The notes beneath the pieces are model-generated. The model was not told the origin of the DNA. It ran no database searches and worked only from the letters and a program-made list of their open reading frames with translations. A DNA stretch of 64,000 nt from assembly GCA_905202595.1 (NCBI GenBank), contig CAJKSP010000002.1:13870-77869 (forward strand), given 5' to 3'. The position numbers and the translations under genes are program-made. The first letter of the stretch is position 1; each line of letters opens with the position of its first letter. This document shows positions 1 to 8,732 of this stretch, one piece after another. The stretch comes from an uncultured Sutterella sp. (GTDB lineage Bacteria; Pseudomonadota; Gammaproteobacteria; Burkholderiales; Burkholderiaceae_F).

Positions 1-537
1 CGAAAGCGCGCGCCGTCTTTTTGAGGGCCTTCAGCACGAGCCGGTCCTTCGTCACGAGGAGCGCGGCGCGGGCGGCGGCGCCGAGCTCGAGAAACTTCTG
101 ATCTTCCGGGTCTCGGCAGAAAATCTTGGCTGCCGAGAGCGCCGCTCTTGCCGCCTGAAGCGCCTCTTCGCTCACGGGCGAGGCGGCGGCGAGCCAGCTC
201 GAGAGCGCTTCGACGCGCTTTTCAAGCTCAGGGAGCGCCTCTTCGGAGGGCGCGCTGAAGTCGGCCTTGCGCTGGCTTCTCGCGGCGCCAAGCGAGGGCC
301 GCGAGAGCACGAGCGCGAGCTCCTGATCGCCGGCGCGGCAGCGCACGGCGCGCACGCGCCCGCCGGCGAGAAGCGCTGCAAGCGGCGCCGCAGCAGGATC
401 GCGCCAATAAAAAAGGTCGAGCACGGCATTCGTGTCGACGGCAATGACGGGCGACTTCGAGCTTGCCGCCGCGCATGCCGGCGAGAGATCGGCCTGATGG
501 GTGTCAAGAAGCGCCTGAAGGCGCGGATGAATCGGCA
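1..537 (-). CDS. PIN-domain protein (VapC-like, nucleic-acid-binding), C-terminus runs off window
   Basis: Reverse-strand ATG at 537-535 opens a frame with no stop through position 1. Translation MPIHPRLQALLDTHQADL..VIAVDTNAVLDLFYWRD...CRDPEDQKFLELGAAARAALLVTKDRLVLK shows the PIN acidic-residue pattern (DTN..D). It is not in the ORF track because no stop falls inside the window. Confidence 0.6.
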
Positions 538-802
538 TGGACAGGCGGCAGAAAAAGAAAAAATGAGGGAAAAGCGCGGATTCTCAGTCGGCCGAGCGGG
601 CCTCTTGGGGATAGTCCGAAATATCTTTGTGGTCCGAATGCCTCTGCGGCGCGCGGAACTTTGTTAAGTTTAAGAGGCCGTGCGCCTTTGAGACCGGAGG
701 CGCGGGCGGAGCGCAGCGGCTCAGACGCCGCGAGCGCCTGCCCCGCGCTTTCTGCGCCGGACCGGCGCGCCCGCCGTTTGGGCGCACCACGACTCTGCCG
801 TC

Positions 803-2407
803 ATGGACTTCCTTTTCGATCCTTCGCTCTGGGTGGGCCTCCTCACCCTTATTGTTCTTGAAATCGTTCTCGGCGTAGACAATCTTGTCTTCATCGCCAT
901 TCTTGCCAAGAAGCTGCCGGTTGCGCAGCAGGACCGCGCGCTCTACACGGGCCTCGGCCTGGCGCTCTTCATGCGCATCGGACTGCTTTCGATCATGTCG
1001 TGGCTCGTCGGGCTCACGGCGCCGCTCTTCACGCTCTTCGAGCATGCCTTCTCCGCGCGCGATCTGATTCTCATGGCGGGCGGCATCTTCCTCGTCTTCA
1101 AGGCGACGATGGAGCTGCACGAGCGCCTGGAGGCCAAGCCGCATGAAGAAGCGGCAGCCGGCGGCTCCTCGAGCTTCTGGGCCGTCATTGCGCAGATTCT
1201 CGTGCTCGATGCGGTCTTTTCCGTCGACTCGATCATCACGGCCGTCGGCATGGTCGACAACCTCGGCGTCATGGTCGCTGCGGTGATCGTTGCGATCATC
1301 GTCATGATGGCGGCGAGCCGTCCGCTCACGAACTTCGTGAACCGCCATCCCACGGTCGTCATCCTCTGCCTCTCCTTCCTGCTCATGATCGGCTGCAGCC
1401 TCATTGCCGACGGCTTGGGCTTCCACATTCCGAAGGGCTACCTCTATGCGGCGATCGGCTTCTCGATTCTCATCGAGGCCTTCAACCAGATCGGACGCCG
1501 CAACGCCGACCGCCGCGATGCGCGCCTGCCTTTCCGCGCGCGCACGACGCAGGCGATCGTGACGCTCATGGAGCGCCGTCCGGGCGGCGAAGCGCAGACG
1601 GCCGCCGAAGCCATGGCGCCCGCGAAGCCCGCCGCCTTCACGACCGAAGAGCGGCTGATGGTCGAGGGCGTGCTGTCGCTTGCTGACCGCTCGATCCGCA
1701 TGATCATGACGCCGCGCTCGGACATCGGCTGGCTCAATCTCAAAAAGCCCGTCGACGAAATCCTCGAAGACGCACAGCGCCTGAACCACAGCCTCTTTCC
1801 CGTGGGCGACGGCTCGCTTGACCGGCTCGTGGGCTTTGTGAAGGCCAAGGAGCTCATCGACATGCCGCGCGACGTGCAGATGATCCGCCGTCTCGCGCAG
1901 GCGCGCCAGGGCTTCATGGTGCCCGAGACCATCAGCGTGATCCGGCTGATGCGCGACGTGAAGAAAAGCCGCGCGCAGGTTGCGGTCGTCACGGATGAAT
2001 TCGGCGTCGTGCAGGGGCTTGTGACGTCGCATGACATTCTCGAAGCCATTGCGGGCGACTTCCCCGACGAGGGCGACCGCAATCTGCTCCTTGAAACGCC
2101 GGAAGGCTGGCTCGCGGACGGCACGGCCGACCTCGTCGTCGTGAGCCAGGCGCTCGGCGTCGATCTGTCGGGCGAGTCGGAAAACTACGTCACCGTTGCT
2201 GGACTTCTTCTCGAGCGCTTCGGACGGCTGCCGAAGGCGGGCGAATCCGTCGACGTCGCCGGCTGGCGCTTTGTCGTGAAGGCGCTCGAGCGCAACCGCA
2301 TCGCGACGGTGCTGATGACGCGCGCGCCTGAGCCTGAGGCGGCCTCTGCGGCTGAGGACGCTGAGAGCGCCGCGGCTGAAGAGGCGCCGCGCAGCGGCGG
2401 CCGCTGA
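803..2407 (+). CDS. TerC-family integral membrane protein fused to CBS pair and CorC/HlyC transporter-associated domain (YoaE-like)
   Basis: 534-aa ORF. N-terminus [34 protein letters not shown] is the TerC signature. The C-terminal half has tandem CBS-like segments and a CorC_HlyC-like tail. The antisense ORF 584..2422 is a GC artefact. Confidence 0.85.
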   Translation: MDFLFDPSLWVGLLTLIVLEIVLGVDNLVFIAILAKKLPVAQQDRALYTGLGLALFMRIGLLSIMSWLVGLTAPLFTLFEHAFSARDLILMAGGIFLVFKATMELHERLEAKPHEEAAAGGSSSFWAVIAQILVLDAVFSVDSIITAVGMVDNLGVMVAAVIVAIIVMMAASRPLTNFVNRHPTVVILCLSFLLMIGCSLIADGLGFHIPKGYLYAAIGFSILIEAFNQIGRRNADRRDARLPFRARTTQAIVTLMERRPGGEAQTAAEAMAPAKPAAFTTEERLMVEGVLSLADRSIRMIMTPRSDIGWLNLKKPVDEILEDAQRLNHSLFPVGDGSLDRLVGFVKAKELIDMPRDVQMIRRLAQARQGFMVPETISVIRLMRDVKKSRAQVAVVTDEFGVVQGLVTSHDILEAIAGDFPDEGDRNLLLETPEGWLADGTADLVVVSQALGVDLSGESENYVTVAGLLLERFGRLPKAGESVDVAGWRFVVKALERNRIATVLMTRAPEPEAASAAEDAESAAAEEAPRSGGR

Positions 2408-2429
2408 GAAAAGCCCTCTCAAAGCTGAA

Positions 2430-2519
2430 GAGCCGCCTCCCCGTCAGGGCAGGCGGCTCTTTGCAGATGAAGCGCGCGAACGGAGCTTGCTTCGGCAGGT
2501 TCCGTTCCGCGCTTTTTTG
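2430..2519. terminator. convergent terminator pair between TerC-family gene and mdh
   Basis: AGAGCCGCCT-ccccgtcagggc-AGGCGGCTCT (about 2430-2463), then GCGCGAACGGA-(15 nt)-TCCGTTC(C)GCGC followed by TTTTTTGCTTT, which ends at the mdh stop. Confidence 0.55.
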
Positions 2520-2522
2520 CTT

Positions 2523-3509
2523 TCAGTCCGCGAGCAGCGGCGCGATCGCTTCGCGCTCCGCCTCGAGCTCGAGGCGGGATTTTTCGATGCGGGCGCGCGC
2601 GAAGTCGTCAAAGCCGATGCCCTGCACGATTTCGTAGTCGCCGCCGCGGCAGACGCAGGGGAAGCCGAAGACGAGCCCCTCCGGAATGCCGTAGCTGCCG
2701 TCGGAGGGCACGCCCATCGTCGCCCATTCGCCCATCGAGCCCTGAATCCAGTTCTTCATGTGGTCGATGGCGGCGGAGGCGGCAGAGGCCGCTGAGCTCG
2801 AGCCGCGCGCCTGAATGATGGCGGTGCCGCGGCGGGCGATCGTCGGAATGAGCGTCTCTTCATACCACTTGCGGTCGACGAGCTTGAGCGCCGATTCGCC
2901 GTCGATTGTCGCGCTCGCGATGTCCGGGAAGATCGTCGGCGAGTGATTGCCCCAGATGGCGACCTGATGGATGTGCGAGACCGGCGCCCCGGTCTTCATG
3001 GCGAGCTGCGAGAGCGTGCGATTCTGATCGAGCCGCAGCATGGCGGAGAAACACTTGGGCGAGAGCGAGGGCGCGCTCTTCATCGCGATGTAGGCGTTGG
3101 TGTTGCAGGGGTTGCCGATGACGAGCACCTTCACGCTTCGCGAAGCCGATTCGTCGAGCGCGCGGCCCTGCACGCGGAAGATGCCGGCGTTGGCCTGCAG
3201 CAGGTCCGAGCGTTCCATGCCGGGGCCGCGGGGGCGGGCGCCGATGAGAAACGCGATGTCGGCGTCGAGGAAGGCCTTCTTCGGATCGGTGAAGGCGTTC
3301 ATCCCGGCGAGGAGCGGGAAGGCGCAGTCGGCAAGCTCCATCATCACGCCCTTGAGCGCCGTCTGGCTCGTCGAGTGCTCGCGCTCGAGCAGATTGAGGA
3401 TGACGGGCTGATCGGGGCCGAGCATGTCGCCCGCGGCGATGCGAAAGAGAATGGAATAGCCGATGTTGCCGGCCGGACCGGTGACGGCGACGCGAATAGG
3501 AGGCTTCAT
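2523..3509 (-). CDS. mdh: malate dehydrogenase (NAD-dependent, LDH/MDH type 2)
   Basis: [42 protein letters not shown]... is the classic MDH N-terminal Rossmann motif. AAGGA sits 9 nt upstream of the ATG at 3509. The track ORF starts 30 codons earlier (3599), which is unlikely. Confidence 0.9.
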   Translation of the reverse strand: MKPPIRVAVTGPAGNIGYSILFRIAAGDMLGPDQPVILNLLEREHSTSQTALKGVMMELADCAFPLLAGMNAFTDPKKAFLDADIAFLIGARPRGPGMERSDLLQANAGIFRVQGRALDESASRSVKVLVIGNPCNTNAYIAMKSAPSLSPKCFSAMLRLDQNRTLSQLAMKTGAPVSHIHQVAIWGNHSPTIFPDIASATIDGESALKLVDRKWYEETLIPTIARRGTAIIQARGSSSAASAASAAIDHMKNWIQGSMGEWATMGVPSDGSYGIPEGLVFGFPCVCRGGDYEIVQGIGFDDFARARIEKSRLELEAEREAIAPLLAD

Positions 3510-3691
3510 AGCGAACAGTCCTTCAAAAATGGCCGTGCGGCCGCGGCCTGCGGGAGAGGCCGGCCGGGCAGGCACGGCGATGGGAAAAAAGTGTAGCAAA
3601 GGAGGATTAATGCGCTCTATTGCTTGAAGGACTGACAGTCATAGGCCCTGATCTTTCAACCAGGGCCAGATGACAATGTGAAGGTCTACTT

Positions 3692-6164
3692 TCAGAATAA
3701 ATAACTCAAGCGGCCGGACATTAGCCACGTGTCTGCCATTTTGTTGCCGACAGTGCGTTCAAGGTCAAATTGAACTTTCAAGACATTCTTCCAAGCGAAA
3801 GAGCCTCCAACGCCAAAATTGCACCACGTGTCGAGGTCGCCCCAGACTTTTTTAAGTTCATCCTGAGGTGCAAGAAATTCGGCGTTTTGACCGCTCGTAA
3901 ATTGGTGAAGAACATCGCCGCGTACATAAAACTCGCCGAACATATTTGCGCCGTTCAGCTGTTTGCCAGTTCTCAAGCCTGCACGCCCAATGAGACTCGT
4001 GTCGCTGTCGGCTTGAATTTTGATGCCGCGCTGCACGCTGTAGTCGAAGCTGTCCAAATAGGTAGCCTGGATCTGCAACTGCGGTTCAAAGAAAATGCCT
4101 GTGGCTGAGTCGGTCAGCGTATGGCCGACTTCAGCGGAGATGGACGCATAGTTTTGTTCAAACTCTCCGGATGTGCCATAGACATTGCCAACGGCACTGA
4201 TTTCGGAAGAAATGCGGCCCAGGCGACCGACAATATCAAGATAGTTTGCTCCGACAGTCAGGGTGTCATACAAGGCAAATTCGTAACGCTTCATATTGCC
4301 TGAACCTCGAACATCAAGAAGGTCCGTATCGCCTTCGGTATAGCCAAACCAAGCGCCGGCAGCGTTAGTGTCGGTCAGTTGCCTTTCAATGCCGAGTGTG
4401 ATTCCTGTGCGATCCCAGCGGTACTGATTGGCGGCGCCGGAGCTTCCGTGATTAACGCGGATCCAAAGGCCATGCAAAGGCGAGTCCGGCTGACGAATCG
4501 TTTCTGAGAGACGACGGTCGTGACGCTCCATTTCGACAGCGGCGTTGTAGCTGGCCCAACCTGCGCCCGTTATGCCTTGCGTAGCTTCAGATTCATGGAG
4601 CGTTACCCGATAGATATACCAATTTTGGCCATTTAAATAATCAGAGGGATTAACAATAAATGTTTTAGATCCATTTGGATCTTCAGCATGTTCGAGTGTA
4701 GTAGATCGCTCCCAATATTCGTTGGCTTCAATATCTTCTTCAGTAATGGTTTTGCTGGCTATGTCGAGCTCATAATTCCAAAGCCCATCTCCTTCAAGAT
4801 TTTCTTTAGAAGCAAATTTAATGTGAGAACCCTCTTTAACTAGTGCAAATGTGAGTGTATTCTCTGTGGAAATTGATTTTAGGAGATGGAGTTGATATGG
4901 TTCGAAATAATGTGTGGATTCAGTGTTGTTAATGCCTGATCCGGATTCAATAAACAGCATATCGGAATTGGCTTTGTTTTCGGCATCCAGATCCATTCTG
5001 AAAATGCCGCCGCTTCCTTGGAGATTGCCGATGATGACGTAATCATGCTTATATTCCGGATGCATTGCATAATCATATTCTCCATTATTCATTGCATCCC
5101 AGAGGCCGATTTCTTTCCAGGTATTCTGAAGATTTTCGTCAAAAAGATTGATGATTCCGCCATTTAAAGTGACTTCCGAGATTCGTTTGGGAATAGCCCA
5201 GTATGGCGTATTGTTTTTATAGCGGACATAAGCTAGAGAAAGGTAAGACCATTGAGCGCCGTCTTCAAGGGTAATGTTGAACTTGTCTCCCGCGGAAGAT
5301 CCATTGTCCCATGTGGAATTCTGCCAAGTTTTCTCATCGCCGAACCAGTAGGAATCGGTTCCGGATAGCGTTATGGAAATGGTGTTGGCAGCGTTATCGC
5401 CTGTACCTTCGCTATTCGGATCATCCATCATGTCAAAGGAGCCGACAAGCTGATTTTGGGTAGAGAGAAAAGTCACTGAAGAGCCTTTCTTGGCGCTGAT
5501 GAGATCGGGCTGACCGGCTAAAACCCAAAAACGTGCCGTGCCGCCAGCTTGTCCGATCACTGCACTAGATTGACTGCTTAAGTAAAGCCCATTGGCGCCA
5601 ATTGATGACAACTGTTCTTCATTGGAAAGGTTGTGACGAACTTCAACGGAAATATTTTTCCCTGTGATGTTCAACTGACCCTTTGAGGCGGCATATAAAG
5701 CATATGTCCCGACGTCACTTGAAAAGTTGGGACTGATGGATTCGGCAGTTATGTTGAAGTCGAGATCGTTTGTTAAATTCAGCGTGCCGCCGTTCGTTGC
5801 TTGAATAGAGAACTGGCTATGTGAGATGAGCGGCTTTTGATTAATTTTAAGTGGAGAGTTGATGGTTTCATTATTTTGAGCGCCATCAACTGTTATTAAA
5901 TTGAAACTAGGCTGGTGCTGGTGGGATGCATCTATGCCATTTCCATTGATGTGAATCCATCCATTCTGATCGGGATCAGATAAAGAAACTCCTGTGCCGA
6001 AGGAGATGGCTGCACTGCTTTCTTGAATGGCGCCAATGCTAAATAAGGCGACAAGTACTGCATGCGGGAGATGTCTATGTTTTAAGAAATGGGTTGCAGT
6101 ATGAGCTGCACGTGTGTGAAAGTGGGGGGGGGGGTATTAACGCCATATCTGAATCTGTTTTCAT
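3692..6164 (-). CDS. autotransporter (type Va) adhesin-like protein with C-terminal beta-barrel, N-terminus frameshifted at a poly-G tract (candidate phase-variable gene or pseudogene in OFF phase)
   Basis: The track ORF 3692..5674 (660 aa) ends ...TWLMSGRLSYLF, an autotransporter beta-domain with aromatic C-terminus. The same frame stays open, stop to stop, up to about 6136 with no ATG/GTG/TTG. That stretch encodes a signal-peptide-like segment (..FLKHRHLPHAVLVALFSIGAIQESSAAIS..). An ATG at 6164-6162 (MKTDSDMALIPPPP) is in the +1 frame, and the two frames meet at a run of 11 G (+ strand 6124-6134). Local GC is about 40% against about 66% genome-wide. Confidence 0.8.
6124..6134. repeat. homopolymeric G11 (C11 on coding strand) tract inside the 5' end of the autotransporter gene
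   Basis: Read directly from the sequence: ...gtgaaagtgggggggggggtattaa... On the coding strand it encodes a poly-Pro (CCC) run. Removing 1 nt or adding 2 nt would fuse the ATG at 6164 to the passenger/barrel frame. Confidence 0.75.
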
Positions 6165-6482
6165 CGAAGTAATAGGAATATGGATGCCTTAAATATACTA
6201 AGCGAATTATTTATATATCTAGCGATTAAATATTATGGGCGATCTGATTAAAAGAAGAAAGCGGATTTTTAGCGTATTCGATATTCAATGATGAAATCAA
6301 TAATCTTTTTCCTCAATTAGGTGATGTCAACAGAAATTAATTCCTGGATGGACGACTGCGGTCGCCGAGGCGTAGCATCGAAGCGGCTCGAGGCCGGCAG
6401 CCCGGGAACATGCCCGCCGCCGCGCTCGAGCGCAGCAGAATCATGACGGCGCCTCGCGCGCCGCAGAGAGGGCCTGGAAGCC

Positions 6483-7811
6483 ATGACGCAGAGCACATTC
6501 ACCGACCGGCAGCCGGCGGGCGAACCCACCGAAGCCATCCTTACGCTTAACGACGGCCGCGCGCCGATCCGCCTTCCTGTGAAGCGCGGCGAAGCCGGCG
6601 CGCCTGCCGTGGACGTCTCGTCGCTCTACAAGGCCGAGCATCTCATGACGTACGATCCGGGCTTTCAGAGCACGGCGTCCTGCGCGAGCGCCGTGAGCTA
6701 CGTCGACGGCGAGGCGGGGCTGCTCACCTACCGCGGCTATCCGATCGAAGAGCTTGCCGAGAAGTGCGACTACCTCGGCGTCTGCCAGCTTCTGCTCAAG
6801 GGAGAGCTGCCGACGCCGGACGAGGACCGCGAATTCCGCAGCATGATCCGCCGCCACACGATGGTGCATCAGCAGGTGTCGCTGCTTCTGAACGGCTTTC
6901 GCCGCGACGCGCATCCGATGTCGATTCTCGTGGGGCTCGTCGGCGCGCTCGCTGCGTTCTATCCGCTGGATCCGGCGATGAGCGAAACGGAGCAGCACCG
7001 GCTCGCCGCCATGATGATGCTCGCGAAGATGCCGACGCTGGTGGCCATGAGCTACCGCTATTCCGTGGGCTGGCCGCTCTCCTACCCGGACAACAGCCTC
7101 TCCTATGCGGCGAACTTTCTGAAGATGATGTTCGGGCTGCCCGTCGAGCCCTATGCGCCGCATCCGGCCGCCGTGAAGGCGCTCGACAAGATTCTCATTC
7201 TGCATGCCGAGCACGAGCAGAATGCCTCGACCACGACCGTGCGCCTCTGCGCGAGCGCGGGCGCCAATCCCTATCAGGCGGTGGCGGCGGGCATCGCCTG
7301 CCTCTCGGGGCCCCGGCACGGCGGCGCCAACGAGCGCGCGCTTCAGATGCTCGAGGCGCTCGAGGCCGAGGGCGGCGAAGCGGCGCTGCCGGGCTTCATC
7401 CGGCGCGTCAAGAATCATGAGGTCCGCCTCATGGGCTTCGGCCACCGCGTCTACCGCACGTACGATCCGAGAGCGAAGATCATGCGCGGGATCTGCCACG
7501 AGCTCCTTGATGCGCTCGGCCTGAAGGACGATCCGACTTTCAAGCTGGCGCTCGCGCTCGAAAAGATCGCGCTCGAGGACGAGTACTTCGTCACCCGCTA
7601 TCTCTATCCGAACGTCGACTTCTATTCGGGCATCGTGCAGCGCGCGATCGGCATCCCGACGCCGCTCTTTACGGCGATCTTCGCCATGGCGAGAACGGCC
7701 GGCTGGTTCGCTCAGAAGAACGAGCTCCTCGAGTCGTCCGATCTGAAGCTCGCGCGCCCGCGCCAGGTCTACGTCGGCTCGCCCGTGCGGCATCTGCCTT
7801 CGCGCTGCTGA
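6483..7811 (+). CDS. gltA: citrate synthase (type II)
   Basis: 442-aa ORF with MTQSTF...LTLNDGRAPIRLPV...YDPGFQSTASCASAVSYVDGEAGLLTYRGYPIEELA...LMGFGHRVY. It aligns along its full length with the GltA of E. coli. Confidence 0.95.
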   Translation: MTQSTFTDRQPAGEPTEAILTLNDGRAPIRLPVKRGEAGAPAVDVSSLYKAEHLMTYDPGFQSTASCASAVSYVDGEAGLLTYRGYPIEELAEKCDYLGVCQLLLKGELPTPDEDREFRSMIRRHTMVHQQVSLLLNGFRRDAHPMSILVGLVGALAAFYPLDPAMSETEQHRLAAMMMLAKMPTLVAMSYRYSVGWPLSYPDNSLSYAANFLKMMFGLPVEPYAPHPAAVKALDKILILHAEHEQNASTTTVRLCASAGANPYQAVAAGIACLSGPRHGGANERALQMLEALEAEGGEAALPGFIRRVKNHEVRLMGFGHRVYRTYDPRAKIMRGICHELLDALGLKDDPTFKLALALEKIALEDEYFVTRYLYPNVDFYSGIVQRAIGIPTPLFTAIFAMARTAGWFAQKNELLESSDLKLARPRQVYVGSPVRHLPSRC

Positions 7812-7994
7812 GGGCGGCCGGCCGGAAAGAACATTTGTGAGCGCTTGTTCCGGCGCCGCTTCAGACGGACGCTTCCCGCTAAGATCATGAAATAGAGCAG
7901 GCGGCCGCAGCCTGCGCCGCTCCGTCTTCGCAGCTGAAGCGGAGCGAGCGGCGCACGCCGGCGTCCGCGCATTTGTTTTTAGAGGACTTCCGAC

Positions 7995-8642
7995 ATGATC
8001 GAACCGAGCGAAGCCGTCCGCCTCATGCAGACGCGCTACACCACGAAGCACTACAGCGGCGAGAAGCTGCCGCGCGAAAAAGTCGAAGCGCTGCTTGAAG
8101 TGCTTCGCCTCTCGCCCTCGTCGGTGAATTCGCAGCCCTGGCACTTCTTCGTCGCGTCGAGCGACGCCGCGCGGGAGCGCCTTGCCGCCGCCTTTGCCGA
8201 CTTCAACCGCGAGCGCGTGACGCTTGCGAGCGACCTCATCGTCTTTGCCGTGCGCGAAAAGCTCGACGACGCCTTCCTGAAGACGCTCCTCGCGCAGGAA
8301 GTGGCTGACGGCCGCTTCACGCCGGAGACGGCGGACGATTCGAGCCGCCGCCATTTCGTGGCGCTCAATCACCGCACGCCCGAGTCGGGCCTCGCCTGGG
8401 AAAGCCGTCAGGCCTACATTGCGCTTGGCTGCCTCCTCGTCGCCGCAGAGGCCATGGGCGTCGACAGCACCTGCCTCGAGGGGGCGGACTTCGACGAGCT
8501 CGACCGGCTCCTCGGCCTTCGCGAGAAGGGACTGCGCTCAATCGTCGCCGTGAGCCTCGGCGTGCGCCGTCCGGACGACAGCAACGCCGTCCGTCCGAAG
8601 TCCCGCCTGCCGCGCGAAGCGGTCGTGACGACGGTGGAGTGA
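7995..8642 (+). CDS. nitroreductase-family protein (NfsB/NfnB-like oxygen-insensitive NAD(P)H nitroreductase)
   Basis: 215-aa ORF. ...RYTTKHYSGEKLPREKVEALLEVLRLSPSSVNSQPWHFFV is the NfsB-type FMN-binding N-terminus. Confidence 0.8.
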   Translation: MIEPSEAVRLMQTRYTTKHYSGEKLPREKVEALLEVLRLSPSSVNSQPWHFFVASSDAARERLAAAFADFNRERVTLASDLIVFAVREKLDDAFLKTLLAQEVADGRFTPETADDSSRRHFVALNHRTPESGLAWESRQAYIALGCLLVAAEAMGVDSTCLEGADFDELDRLLGLREKGLRSIVAVSLGVRRPDDSNAVRPKSRLPREAVVTTVE

Positions 8643-8683
8643 CGACGGAGCCGGCGGCAGCCCTCCGGCCTTCGCTACACTAC

Positions 8684-8722
8684 GGAGCCGCTCCGGCGGC
8701 TCCTGCTTTTCCTTTTTTTCCT
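8684..8722 (+). terminator. intrinsic terminator downstream of nitroreductase gene
   Basis: GGAGCCGC-tccg-GCGGCTCC 8-bp stem followed by TGCTTTTCCTTTTTTTCC. Confidence 0.6.
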
Positions 8723-8732
8723 TCGCTGAGCC

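Noticed and set aside
586-700. Possible yybP-ykoY Mn2+ riboswitch upstream of the TerC-family gene
   Set aside because: Not accepted as an annotated ncRNA. The GGGGAUAG and AAGAG segments resemble riboswitch motifs, but the AAGAG stretch forms the closing helix rather than an internal loop, so the topology differs from the consensus. It is kept only as a low-confidence finding pending cmsearch.
584-2422. 612-aa antisense ORF overlapping the TerC-family gene. Similar long antisense ORFs appear at 6441..8372, 9767..10663, 12029..13573, 15078..16808, 17833..19563, 25442..26290, 27364..28512, 29269..30003 and 52530..54158.
   Set aside because: These are Arg/Ala/Gly-rich low-complexity translations, typical of open antisense frames in high-GC DNA. 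Each fully overlaps a gene with clear family motifs on the other strand.
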